This document shows, piece after piece, positions 1 to 11,899 of a DNA stretch of 64,000 bases. The notes beneath the pieces are model-generated. The model saw only the letters and a list, made by a program, of their open reading frames with translations. It did not search any database and was not told the DNA's origin. The translations under genes were made by a program, and so were the position numbers. The first letter of the stretch is position 1, and each line of letters begins with the position of its first letter. The stretch comes from Fonticula-like sp. SCN 57-25 (Eukaryota). The stretch covers positions 1-64,000 of the forward strand of contig MEDX01000016.1 of the NCBI GenBank assembly GCA_001724245.1, written 5' to 3'.

Positions 1-1990
<1,990 letters not shown>

Positions 1991-2242
1991 ACGGCGCATG
2001 GCCAGGTGTTTGATTGACAATTGGTTCATTTTTGCTTGAAATCGTGTATCTCCCTTTCCTTATATCGTCTCCATTTTGCGTAGTGCTTATGATTCATTTC
2101 GCGCCATAGTCCGCGCCCCTTTATTGATTGTGCATTTAAACCCCATTCACAATAGAATGATGTATACTCTGTTTATTGGCAACTCGCGAAAGATTTATCA
2201 GCTAAAACTACACATAAACAACACATTAACAGACTATGGTAC

Positions 2243-2866
2243 TCATGAGGCGGGGACGGGCCGCGCGCGCGATTGAAGGCGCTTGGCAGGGACGTGCGCA
2301 AAGCGGCTAAAGAGGTTGTCGGCGGGGACATGCTCAATAGCCTTTGGTGGCTTCTCGTCCTCTGGCTCTTCTTTAGCGGGAGCGCCGCTGGGCAGCACAA
2401 AGCTTGTGAAGCGGCGCGCCGCCCGATCTTTGGCCTCGATATGCCCCGTGCCGTCGATCGCGACGCCCTCGCTCTGGAGAATCTTTCGTTTGCCGCAAAA
2501 CGCGTGCTCGTCCGTGTACATGACGCCGCCATATCCGCCGAGGAAAAAGGACCCGAGCACAACGCGGTGACAAGGGACCGGCAACGGCGCAAAAGGGTTT
2601 ACGCGGAGTGCGTTCCCGACGGCGCGCGCACCCTGCCCTCCCTTGCCCAGTACCGATGCCAGGTCGCCGTACGTGGCGAACGAGCCGGCGGGGATCTGCG
2701 CGCACAGGTCATACACCGCGTACTGAAACTCGGTGAGGGGCCTGCCCGTCTTTCTGTTGATATATGTCTTTCTCTCCTTCTCCTCTTGCGGGTACCACTT
2801 GACTTCGCCGCTCTCGTCGGGGATCCGGCACGGCGCCGTCGACGAGTGCCCGCAGGAGGCCGACAT
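2243..2866 (-). CDS. MGMT: O6-methylguanine-DNA methyltransferase (Ogt/MGMT), intronless
   Basis: TEFQYAVYDLCAQIPAGSFATYGDLA, ARAVGNAL and active-site VPCHRVV. Confidence 0.92.
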   Translation of the reverse strand: MSASCGHSSTAPCRIPDESGEVKWYPQEEKERKTYINRKTGRPLTEFQYAVYDLCAQIPAGSFATYGDLASVLGKGGQGARAVGNALRVNPFAPLPVPCHRVVLGSFFLGGYGGVMYTDEHAFCGKRKILQSEGVAIDGTGHIEAKDRAARRFTSFVLPSGAPAKEEPEDEKPPKAIEHVPADNLFSRFAHVPAKRLQSRARPVPAS

Positions 2867-2910
2867 GATGACTGAGTGGTAGCGCACCAGTGGCGCCACT
2901 CAAGTGACTC

Positions 2911-3290
2911 AATTTGGATCGCGATTGGATCGCGATTGAATTTCGCGTAACCGTCACAGCACGTTCGTTACAAAAGCTTTCAAATTTGAACTGTGCAGAC
3001 AGCGGCGATCCCGTGGACCCGTGGAACGGAGAGAAAGGAGCGTGTGCGTTGTACAACACGCGCGCTTTGTTCTTTTCGGAGGGTTCGAGTCACGCTGTGA
3101 GTGCGGAGCGGTGAAACTATGAGACCGTTGAAGCCAAAGGTACGCCCATTTTGAAAACTGCAAATTTGAATTTCGCGCCCTCGCGCCCACGGCGGGTTTT
3201 TTTTTGGTTTCGTGTTTGCTGTTCACCTGCTTTTCGGCTGTTTCCCACTGTTTGGCGCGAACGTGACGCACGGAGTGACAGATAACGGTC
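2911..3290. promoter_or_regulatory. Bidirectional MGMT/Rb promoter with candidate E2F, CHR and MYB sites
   Basis: TTTCGCGC 3171-3178; TTTGGCGCGAA 3251-3261; TTTGAA at 2985, 3150 and 3165; TAACGG 3283-3288; ACCGTTG 3124-3130. Confidence 0.55.
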
Positions 3291-3455
3291 CCTGTCATTC
3301 AATCGCTGAAACGGCCTGCGAACGCTGTAGCCATCGTGTTGCTCGTTTAGCAGTGTGTCAAAGCGTGTTTTCGGTTTCTTGCACTCTTTTCTCGTATTTT
3401 TCCCTGCCTTATTCGCCGGCTGGCGGTCGGGATTGTGGCCCCGTTTGGATGAATA

Positions 3456-6400
3456 ATGTCTCACGTTCCTCTGCTTCCAAAGCCTATGACGGATTTCTTC
3501 CCTGTTCGCAAAAGCGAATCCTCCCATGGCGCCGGTGATGCCGCGGGCAGTGGTGCCAAGGATGCACCTTTGTTGACTCCCGCGCCCGCCTCGCCGACAA
3601 AATCGGAGGCCGTTGACGCTCGCCGGTTTCACGCTGTGTGCGATGTGCTCAGCCTGGACGACCAGACCCGCAAGCTCGCCAATGATTTGCTCCACAGGTT
3701 TTCCCATTCGGAGCTGGGAAGGAGCACGCTTTCGGTAGCAAAGGTGGAGGCGTCGATGATGCTTGCCGCCATCTGGGTGGCCGGCCGCGTTGGGCCGCAG
3801 CTGGCCGCGGGGAGCTCGATGCCGCGCTACAATGGAATCACATTGACGCAGCTGATCAAGGAGACGGACTGCAATCTTTCTACCCAGGAAGCCTTTTCGT
3901 ATATCAAGACCTTTCTCACGAACGCCAACTATGACTCGATCCTCACAAAGGAGCGCGTCGAGAGCCTCCTCCAGACGGATCTCGTCCAGATGGAGCGCGC
4001 GTGCGAATCGCTGACGCTCGTTTTCCGCAAGTTCAAGGACTCCCATGCGCTCCTCTTTTCACGGCAACATGTGGGATCAAGGGACCTCATGTCGTTTGCC
4101 TGGTGTCTGTTTTTGAACGCCAAGGGTACGTGTCTCTATTCTATGTGAAAGTGTTTTACATGGCAAGTCGCCATGCTTTGTTCTTTTGTGTTACTTTTGC
4201 GTTCCTTTTCGTTCTTTTCTGTGGTTAACTGTGGCCTTGCCCTTTTTTGGTGGCCAATCGGCAACTTTTGAGATTGCCCCGTATTGTTTTCGCAACTTTT
4301 TCCCGCGCAATTTATGTGCCTTGCCTGTATCTTGTGGCTTGCTTGTGCTCGTCTCTTTTCCATCAAACTAATTTCCTTCTATAGAAACCCTTCTAGAGCG
4401 CTCTACGAGCTACAGCTTTAATGAGTTTATTCTTTGCCAATGTGCACTTTTGTTTACGTACCAGATGGCCGAGCCTGAGCAGGTCGTCCATATCAACTCG
4501 GTGTTGAGCCAGCTGCGGGCGGACATGCCCACTGCTTCGATACCCAAGGAAGCCAGCGACATGTTTGCGCTGCGCGTGTACTTGTGCGAGATGAACAGCG
4601 TTGACTTGACGACGTTCCGCGACGCCGAGTTGAGCCGCTTTGTTCCCTTTGTTCAGCAGCTTTTGCGGCAGGATCCGCGCGCGATGCGGTCGCTGCGCTA
4701 TGATTACACTGCCCCGATGAGCGACGGCGTTGTGCAGCTTCCGCACGTGCACCGCCTGCTGGACGCGTCGTCGGGCAACCTTCGGCTGAACCTCAATGAC
4801 CTGTCGGCGCGCTACGAGGAGCGCATCCGGACGTTTTCGGGCGAGATTGATGCGCGCTTCTTTGTGGAAGAGCACATTTCGCTGATGACCCCGCGCAAGA
4901 GCGGCGGCTGGCGGACGCCCGGCATCGGCAAGCTGCCTGCGGCGCGCAATCTCGCCAAGGCGTTTGACGACGGCAGCTATGTGACCTCGCCGATCAGCGC
5001 GCGCACGATGGTCGGCCCTCGCGTGAGCTCTGGCGACGAGGTGGCGGTGCTGCGTCAGGCGCTGTCGGACATGGACGCGCTGTGCTCTGCCGAGCCGTCG
5101 CCGTTCCTGATTGACCTGATGCACAGTGCCGGCCCCGACACGATGATCAACACGCTACAGCAGCTGGAGCACGCGCTGGTGCTGATCCCGCGCGACGTCA
5201 AGCAGTCGATGCCGCACTACGAGCGCTACCTGACGATGCTCTTTTACCGCACGCTGGACCTTGTCTGCAAGCGCGAGTCGGCGCGCCTGACCGACAAGCA
5301 GCCCGTGTTCAACCTCTTGCGCAACAACAAGTTTCACCGGTCGATGCTCATCTGCTGCTTCCAAATTGTCGGCCTGGCGCTGCTCCCTGCGCAGCGGCAG
5401 GTGCGCTTCTTGGACACGCTGCATCACATGGGCCTCAAGGCGTTTGACCTGGTGATCAATATCGAGACGTTTATCCGCGAGAATGTGCAGCAGCTGTCGC
5501 GCGCTGGCATCAAGCGCCTCAAGGAGATGGAGGAGCGCCTCTTGGAGACGGAAGTATGGAAGGACGACGACCCGCTGTACACTCTGATGGAGGCCGAGGC
5601 CGAGGCCCAGGCGCGGACGGGTGCTACGCGGCGGCCGCTTGCGTCCCTCACGGACGCTGTGCCGGCGGCGCCCGTTCGGCGGTCGGCGGCGCCCACCACG
5701 TCGTCAGCGCCTCCGATGGGGGCCGCCCAGCGCGCCGTGAGCGCCATCAGCTCGACGACGGGGATGCCGCGCGTCGCCTTTTTGGAGGACAACACGTGGG
5801 CGAGCAACCAACTTCAGCTGTTTTACCGCAAGCTGCTGCTCCTGTTGCACATGCGCCTCGCCTCGCTGTGCCGCGAGCTGAACGTGCCCGCGGAGAAGGA
5901 GAAGCGGATGTGGGACATGATTGTCGTGCTCGTCCAGCGCGAGGACCGCTTCCGCCTGTTCCGCCAGCGCCACATTGACCAGGCGATGATGTGTGCCATG
6001 TATGTTGTGTCAAAGCTGATGAATGGTGAGCACGTTGAGGGGTCGACGGCCGCCGTGGCCGCCGCCGCCGCTGTGGGCTCTCCTGACGTGACCGGCTCGT
6101 CGCCGCCCATGCAGCCGCGCTCGGCCAACGAGCCGCTGCTCTTCCGCGACATTATCAAGACGTACATGACGCAGCCGCAGTACCGGAAGGCGACGGTGTG
6201 CGAGGTGATTGGCGGCGATGGCGCCCCCTGCGACATTATTGCCTTTTACAACACTGTGTTTGTCGTATCGGCGGGCGCGCTCCTGCGCGACTTTAAGACG
6301 GTGCCGCCGTCGCCGCGGCCAGCGGTGCAGCCGCTGCCGCTCGCCTCGAGCCCGCTCGCGCAGCGCATCGTACTCCAGCAGAACATTAGCCTTTCGCCGA

Positions 6401-6810
6401 TGCACCCGGACCGGGCGCAGCAGCTGCAGCAAATGTCGCCGACGTTCCTGCAGACGGGGCTCACCAGCCCGTCCAACGGCTCCATGCTCAAGACGGCGGC
6501 GATTCGCGCGGCGATCGAGTCGGAGCGCGCGGCGCTGTACGGCCCGTCGTTCTCGCGCGCGTACGTGTTTGGCGAGTACTCGGGGGAGGGCGTCAAGGAG
6601 GGCGGCGAGGCGCCGCCGGCGCCCGCGGCGGTGGGGCGCGAGTCCAAGAGGAGATTAGACTTTGACAACCTCGGCTCAGAGGAGGACGACGAGGAGATGG
6701 AGATGGTCGTAAAAAGTAGGAGAACGGCCGCGGACGGCGCGGGACCGTCGTCGTCAGCCAACGATCGGTCAAGATCGCAGTCGCCGTCGGAAGACGAGAT
6801 GGAGAATTAA
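3456..6810 (+). CDS. RB1: Retinoblastoma-family pocket protein; one intron 4126-4384
   Basis: Pocket A (FHRSMLICCFQIV, AFDLVINIETFIR, IKRLKEMEERLLE) and pocket B (LFRQRHIDQAMMCAMYVVSK, FRDIIKTYMTQPQ, DIIAFYNTVF). Many S/T-P sites and a C-terminal KRRLDF. Confidence 0.93.
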
Positions 6811-7125
6811 GTAGTCGTCTCGTATTGGTTTATAGTGGTCTCGTGGGATTCCATCGAGATGAAATACGTGTGCGTTTTTAGTGGGAAAAGAGGCGCTGGT
6901 TGGCGGCTCGTTTGGTTTTCAGTTAGTGTATCCTTGTGCGTTCCAGCGTTTGCTTTGTGTTGTTTTTATGAAACATGAATATATACTCAATTCGACTTGT
7001 ACACTTTGGATATTTGCACGGCGCGGCAGCGCGCAGGCAAGTTGGCGTCAGATTCCACCCCAGATTCCCCTTTCAATATCACAGACCGACGCAGACCGAC
7101 GCAAACCGACTTGCTGTGGAGAGAC

Positions 7126-8187
7126 ATGTCGGGCACGGATGTGCCGCTGCGTGTCGCGTTCACGTCGGCGCTAAAGTCTTTTGAGAGTCTTGACGAGGGC
7201 TGCACTGGCGGTGACCATGCTGTTTATCAGGCCAAGCTGAAGGAGCTGATTGGAAAGCTCTTGCGGCTCAATGCTCGTGTTGGTGCTCAGCTGTTCTCGA
7301 GCAATGAGACGGCGGACGATGTCAGCACGGCTGATCTCAAGTATGCGCTCATTGGAGCTCTCATTGGCGACCTCTTTTCGCGCGTGTCAACGTCGGCCGC
7401 TGCTGACCGGTTAGCGGCGTTTGAGGTTGCCGAGCGTCAGCTGCTCGGTTTCCTTGGTCTTGTCGACCGTCTCCTCCTGCTCAGTGTGGAGGAGATGGAG
7501 ATGCTTCGCGTGCTTGAGAACCCAGTGATTGAGAATGGTGACCCTCTTCCTCCTCGTCCGCCGCCGACGAACCAGACGCGAGAGGCCAAAATTGCGCAGT
7601 TTCGCCGCGAGAAGGAGCTGAAGGAGCAGCTTTCGTCGCTCCGTGAGCAGCTGACGCGCGCTGGCAGCTCCGCCGATGACGATGACGACATTGACTGGGA
7701 GGGCGCCGATGACGAGCGCGCGCGCGAATACGTTACTGCTCTTATTCAGTCCTTTGTTATCCGCTCAATGAACCACATTACGATGATGCGCATGGAGCGC
7801 CCTCTTCTTCGGATGCGCGTCGCTGCCGAAGAGTCCGGCGAGGCGAGCCGGCCGCGCCCGGACCAGGATCAGCCTCCGCCCCGTGGCGGCCTCAAGACAA
7901 TTCACCTTCCCGACAAGCGCGCCCTGCTGCAGGCGGCGGTGTTCCAGCCGGGGCATAACTTGCCGACGATGAGCGTCGAGCAGTGGGCGGAGATCGAGAT
8001 GGCCAAGGGCAACTTTATCTCGGGCGGCGGTGCCGCTGGCGAGGAGGTCGCGAGGAGAAAGAAGGAGGAGGCGCATTACACCGAGAAGGAGCGGGACGTG
8101 GACGAGGCGACCATGAAGGCGAGGGAGAGCGACGAGCACAACGACGACAACAGGAGAGGAAGCGGAAACACGTACAACAGGAGCTGA
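7126..8187 (+). CDS. IGBP1: TAP42/alpha4 (PP2A-associated protein), intronless
   Basis: LFSSNETADDVSTADLKY, REAKIAQFRREKEL, VFQPGHNLPTMSVEQW and KARESDEHNDDNRRGSGN. Confidence 0.93.
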   Translation: MSGTDVPLRVAFTSALKSFESLDEGCTGGDHAVYQAKLKELIGKLLRLNARVGAQLFSSNETADDVSTADLKYALIGALIGDLFSRVSTSAAADRLAAFEVAERQLLGFLGLVDRLLLLSVEEMEMLRVLENPVIENGDPLPPRPPPTNQTREAKIAQFRREKELKEQLSSLREQLTRAGSSADDDDDIDWEGADDERAREYVTALIQSFVIRSMNHITMMRMERPLLRMRVAAEESGEASRPRPDQDQPPPRGGLKTIHLPDKRALLQAAVFQPGHNLPTMSVEQWAEIEMAKGNFISGGGAAGEEVARRKKEEAHYTEKERDVDEATMKARESDEHNDDNRRGSGNTYNRS

Positions 8188-8443
8188 GCGCCTGGTGCAT
8201 GATGACGTGATGACGTGGGAAAATGTAATAGAAGCATAGGAACGGTAAAGCCTTGTATCATTGCGCTTTTTTATGAATAAAAATGTCGAATTTGAGGTAT
8301 TAAATATGTACGCCGGCTTTGGACGGCCGGGGAGCAGGGGAATGGGGTTTGCCTAGGGATAAAAGGTAATCTTATTTGCAATAACAGAACAGAAAAGGGT
8401 ACAAAAGGTCTACAAGAACGTTTATTTTTCCCGCGTTCTTTTC

Positions 8444-9195
8444 TCAGAGCGTTTCCAAATTGGCCGCAATTGCCTTGAACTGCTTGGCGACATTCTGAAA
8501 ACATGTGTTAGGATGATCCTCACAATGCACAAGCGACGTACGTGGAACTCGGCGAGGGAAAGCTCAACGGGGTACGCGACGAGCGTGCCGTCGGGCTGCG
8601 ACACGTGAAACACCGCCGCGACGTAGGGGCTGGCGAGCGTCTGGCAGCTGTCGCTCTGCGTGGCGACGGCGAGCTTCCAGTCGAGCTTTGCGAGCTGACC
8701 GACGCTAAAGATCCTGCTGTGCTGGTTGGCGATGAGCGACGCGCCCTGCTCCGACCACACATGCTTGACGACGGGGACCACCGACGCGCCAAAGAGAGAC
8801 GTCGTCTTGATGGCCGCCACGAGATCCTCGACGGCGAGCTTGTTGAGGAGCGCACCGCGGAAGAGGTAAATAAGGCAATTGATGGCGCCCTGCGTCGCCT
8901 CAAGCGACTCATTCACGTCTACAAGGGAGAGCTTGCGCTGGAGCTCGTGAGCGTCAAGCTGGCCAACCTTGAATTCGAGAAACTTGATCACATCAAAGCA
9001 CTGCAGATGCCGGGTGTCAGGGAGCAAAGAAAAAAGAGCAACGAGGAAAGCCGCACTGTTTCGAGGAGAATATCTTGCGGGAAACGAGAAACAACCAATG
9101 AGGAACCGCGGAAACCTACCCAAACAACAGTTAGAACCGATGAACGCTGCGCTCTTTGCCGTACCCTCCGGGGCCTGCTGCAGGTACGCCGCCAT
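8444..9195 (-). CDS. COMMD6: COMM domain-containing protein 6, 3 introns, with N-terminal helical domain
   Basis: COMM domain VGQLAKLDWKLAVATQSDSCQTLASPYV...VELSLAEFH|NVAKQFKAIAANLETL. Confidence 0.88.
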
Positions 9196-9817
9196 CGCGC
9201 TGCTGCCGCTGCTCGAACAAACAACAACCCCAGACACCACCCCTGACAATTTGTTGGGCGTGATTCGGGGGCTGATTTTACAGGACACCATGCAGCCTGC
9301 GATTCCGCATGCGATATTCGCATGTCGTATGACGTCATTGGTCTCACCCGATTGGTGGAAAGGTGGGGACGTGGCACTTTTTATTCCACGTTAGTAAGCG
9401 GCGCGCCAGTTTCGTTGTCCTTTACGCCTCCTCCGCTTCGCCTCTGGTCCATCCCGGCCCGGCGTCGGTTTTGTTGATCCGCTTTCCCGGAAGACAGCTT
9501 GCGCTCTCTCTCTCTCGTCTGCCACACTAAAGCACACGAGAAAAAAAGTGACGCCTTTGGTTAAGCGTCTCTTGTCTACCTGAATATTTGATTGCCAATC
9601 CCGGGATTTTTGTGTTTTTCGCGCGGAGTTCTACCCGCGCGCGTTTTCTGCACAACGGGGTCGCGCCGTCTCGTTCGCTCTAACCTGCGGGGGGCTCACT
9701 GTCGGTTGATCTATCAAGTTCTGCGAGAATAAGCTACTTGCCTGACCGGTTGGGTTTCTTTTTCTCCGCAATCTTTCCTTTGTTCCGTCGCAATCCCTGT
9801 GTGTGTATTCTTTAAAG

Positions 9818-11122
9818 ATGCACTCCCTTCTTGTTGATGCGCAGCCGTTTCCCGGTCCGCCCTCGTCGGCGGTTCCGTCTTTCCCGGACGCGTATGATAT
9901 CCACCACCACCATGCCGCCGCTGCCTTTGGCGGCGTGATGCCCGGCGAGTACCTTGGCGAGAGCCTGCGTGATTCCATGCACGCATATGGTACATCTTCG
10001 TCGGAGCACAGCCCTTCTCTTTCGCCTTCGCTTTCCCCCGAGTCCAGCGAGATGAGCGAGTTGTCGCTCGTTTCGCCGAACCACGGAGACGGCGCTTGGG
10101 AGCGCCCCTCGTGGGAGGCGACTCCTTATGATAGCTCGTCTGACGACGGGAGCGAGGCTGCGTACCAGCCCTCGACTTCCTCTACTGCCGCGTTCACGAG
10201 CAGCTATGTGCCGGTTCCTGCCGTTGCGGCGGACGACCCGACGCGCCCGTCCAAGGTGGCGGCCACGTCGGGCGAGACCACCCCCGCACCTGCGGCCGGC
10301 ACTAGCTCGCGCCCTCGCCGCGCGGCCGCCGCGCCTCCGCCTGTAAGCCAGCCGGAGAAGCGCGAGGCCAAGGTGGCCGAGGTGCGCCCGTCGCGCAATC
10401 TTGTGCGCGCTGGATCCCTCGAGGTGACCGAGGAAGACCTCCTCGAGCTCGACATTGATAAGCTGCAGCGCCTCGCGGGGCAGCGCTTCTCGTCCTCGGA
10501 CAAGAAGGAGCTCAAGCGTCTCCGTCGCAAGCTCAAGAACAAGCTCAGCGCGGCAAACAGCCGCCTCAAGCGTCGCGAGTACATGGTTGACCTCGAGGAG
10601 AAGCAGGACAACCTTGCCGACGAGCTCGAGTTCCTCAGACGCGAGAACGCGGAGCTCAAGCAGGAGGTGATGCTCCTGCGCGCCGAGAAGCAGCAGCAGA
10701 GCACTCTTGCCTTTGCGCCTGCGAGCCGCCCGTCGGCCGTCCTCTTTGTCCTCCTCCTCTCCTTTGGCCTCTTCTTCCAGGGCATCGCGCCGCTGGCTAG
10801 CCTCTTGGGCGCCAGTTCGGCCGTCGTCCCGTCGATCACCGGCGCGCCGCTCGGTGCGCCCAGCTACGACCCGGCCGCCGTGTTCGCCACCTCGCGCAGG
10901 CTGCTCTTTGCCCACGAGGAACACGAAGGAAGCCACGTCGATTTTGCGGGAAGTCAGGTCGAGTTTACCATGCCAAAGGCGGTGCCGGCTGGAATTTTTG
11001 ATACCGAGGAAGAAAACGAGACGAGCAGCGTGAGCTGGGGCGCCGACGAGGCCGTGCGCCCGTTCGTGCTCCACGTGGATGCCGCTGGCATGGATCACGT
11101 CAAGCAGGAAATCGTCGCCTAA
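9818..11122 (+). CDS. Membrane-tethered bZIP transcription factor, CREB3/OASIS/ATF6 type
   Basis: Basic region KELKRLRRKLKNKLSAANSRLKRREY, leucine zipper, transmembrane segment AVLFVLLLSFGLFF and luminal SRRLL (site-1 protease RxxL). Confidence 0.88.
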   Translation: MHSLLVDAQPFPGPPSSAVPSFPDAYDIHHHHAAAAFGGVMPGEYLGESLRDSMHAYGTSSSEHSPSLSPSLSPESSEMSELSLVSPNHGDGAWERPSWEATPYDSSSDDGSEAAYQPSTSSTAAFTSSYVPVPAVAADDPTRPSKVAATSGETTPAPAAGTSSRPRRAAAAPPPVSQPEKREAKVAEVRPSRNLVRAGSLEVTEEDLLELDIDKLQRLAGQRFSSSDKKELKRLRRKLKNKLSAANSRLKRREYMVDLEEKQDNLADELEFLRRENAELKQEVMLLRAEKQQQSTLAFAPASRPSAVLFVLLLSFGLFFQGIAPLASLLGASSAVVPSITGAPLGAPSYDPAAVFATSRRLLFAHEEHEGSHVDFAGSQVEFTMPKAVPAGIFDTEEENETSSVSWGADEAVRPFVLHVDAAGMDHVKQEIVA

Positions 11123-11899
11123 ATAAATAATTTGTTATAGTATTGGTTTGTGCCGGTGTATGGTTCGGTCAATATGTTTCATTGCTTCCCCTTTCTCCCT
11201 TTCTCTTTTGTACTGTACTACCTGGCACGTATTTAATTTAATGCAAATTGCGTTTGTACCCTCCTCGTCAATCCAAAAAGATTTGAAACACGACAAGTCA
11301 GCCGGTCCAAAGGCAATCTACCGAAGCTGCTGACGCGAAAGTATGGCTGCTATGTCCAAACCAAAAATGTATGTCCATAGAGTAGGCGCCTCCGTGCCAG
11401 CTCCGTGCCAGAAAGTGAGATGAAACCAAGTCCTTCTCGTGCTGACGTCAGCGTAGCATTTCAAGTAAAATAACGGGTAGCCTGGTCTAGAGCTGTAGTG
11501 GACATGCATGAATGCAACAAATAGGAGAAAAATGAAAAATTGTGAATTTCCTAGAAAATCTCCTTATGGGTACCGTTTTTCAGCTGTTTGAATATAAATA
11601 TAAATAAAGAACGTTTTGATCTACGGGGTGAGTGTATTTTCGTGCCAGACAATGCATAACTGCAGTAGGAAAACTATGAGTCTAAAAAATACCAAAAAAT
11701 TGACTGATCACATCACGTGACAAACTCGTGATGTGATTGGATGATTTCGTAAACAAGACGTTTTCGACCAATCACAAACACGAAAAAAAAACAGTGACAC
11801 ATCAAAACCCTTCTTGTACGGCCATGCATGTATTTATTCCATTATAGCAGCTCATTATCAACGACATTTCGTCATACTCGCTTCTGTACATATTCTTTT

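Noticed and set aside
3010-3100. GGTTCGAGTC resembling a tRNA T-loop or B box
   Set aside because: The flanks do not form a T stem or acceptor stem, and no cloverleaf can be drawn.
6928-6935. GTATCCTT, resembling a U12-type intron donor
   Set aside because: It is intergenic with no matching TCCTTAAC branch site downstream. The TTCCTTAAC near 13858 lies in an intron with an ordinary GTGCGC donor.
8202-8219. TGACGTGATGACGTGG, a UPRE-like pair
   Set aside because: It lies just after the TAP42 stop codon between convergent genes, so it is not in a promoter position.
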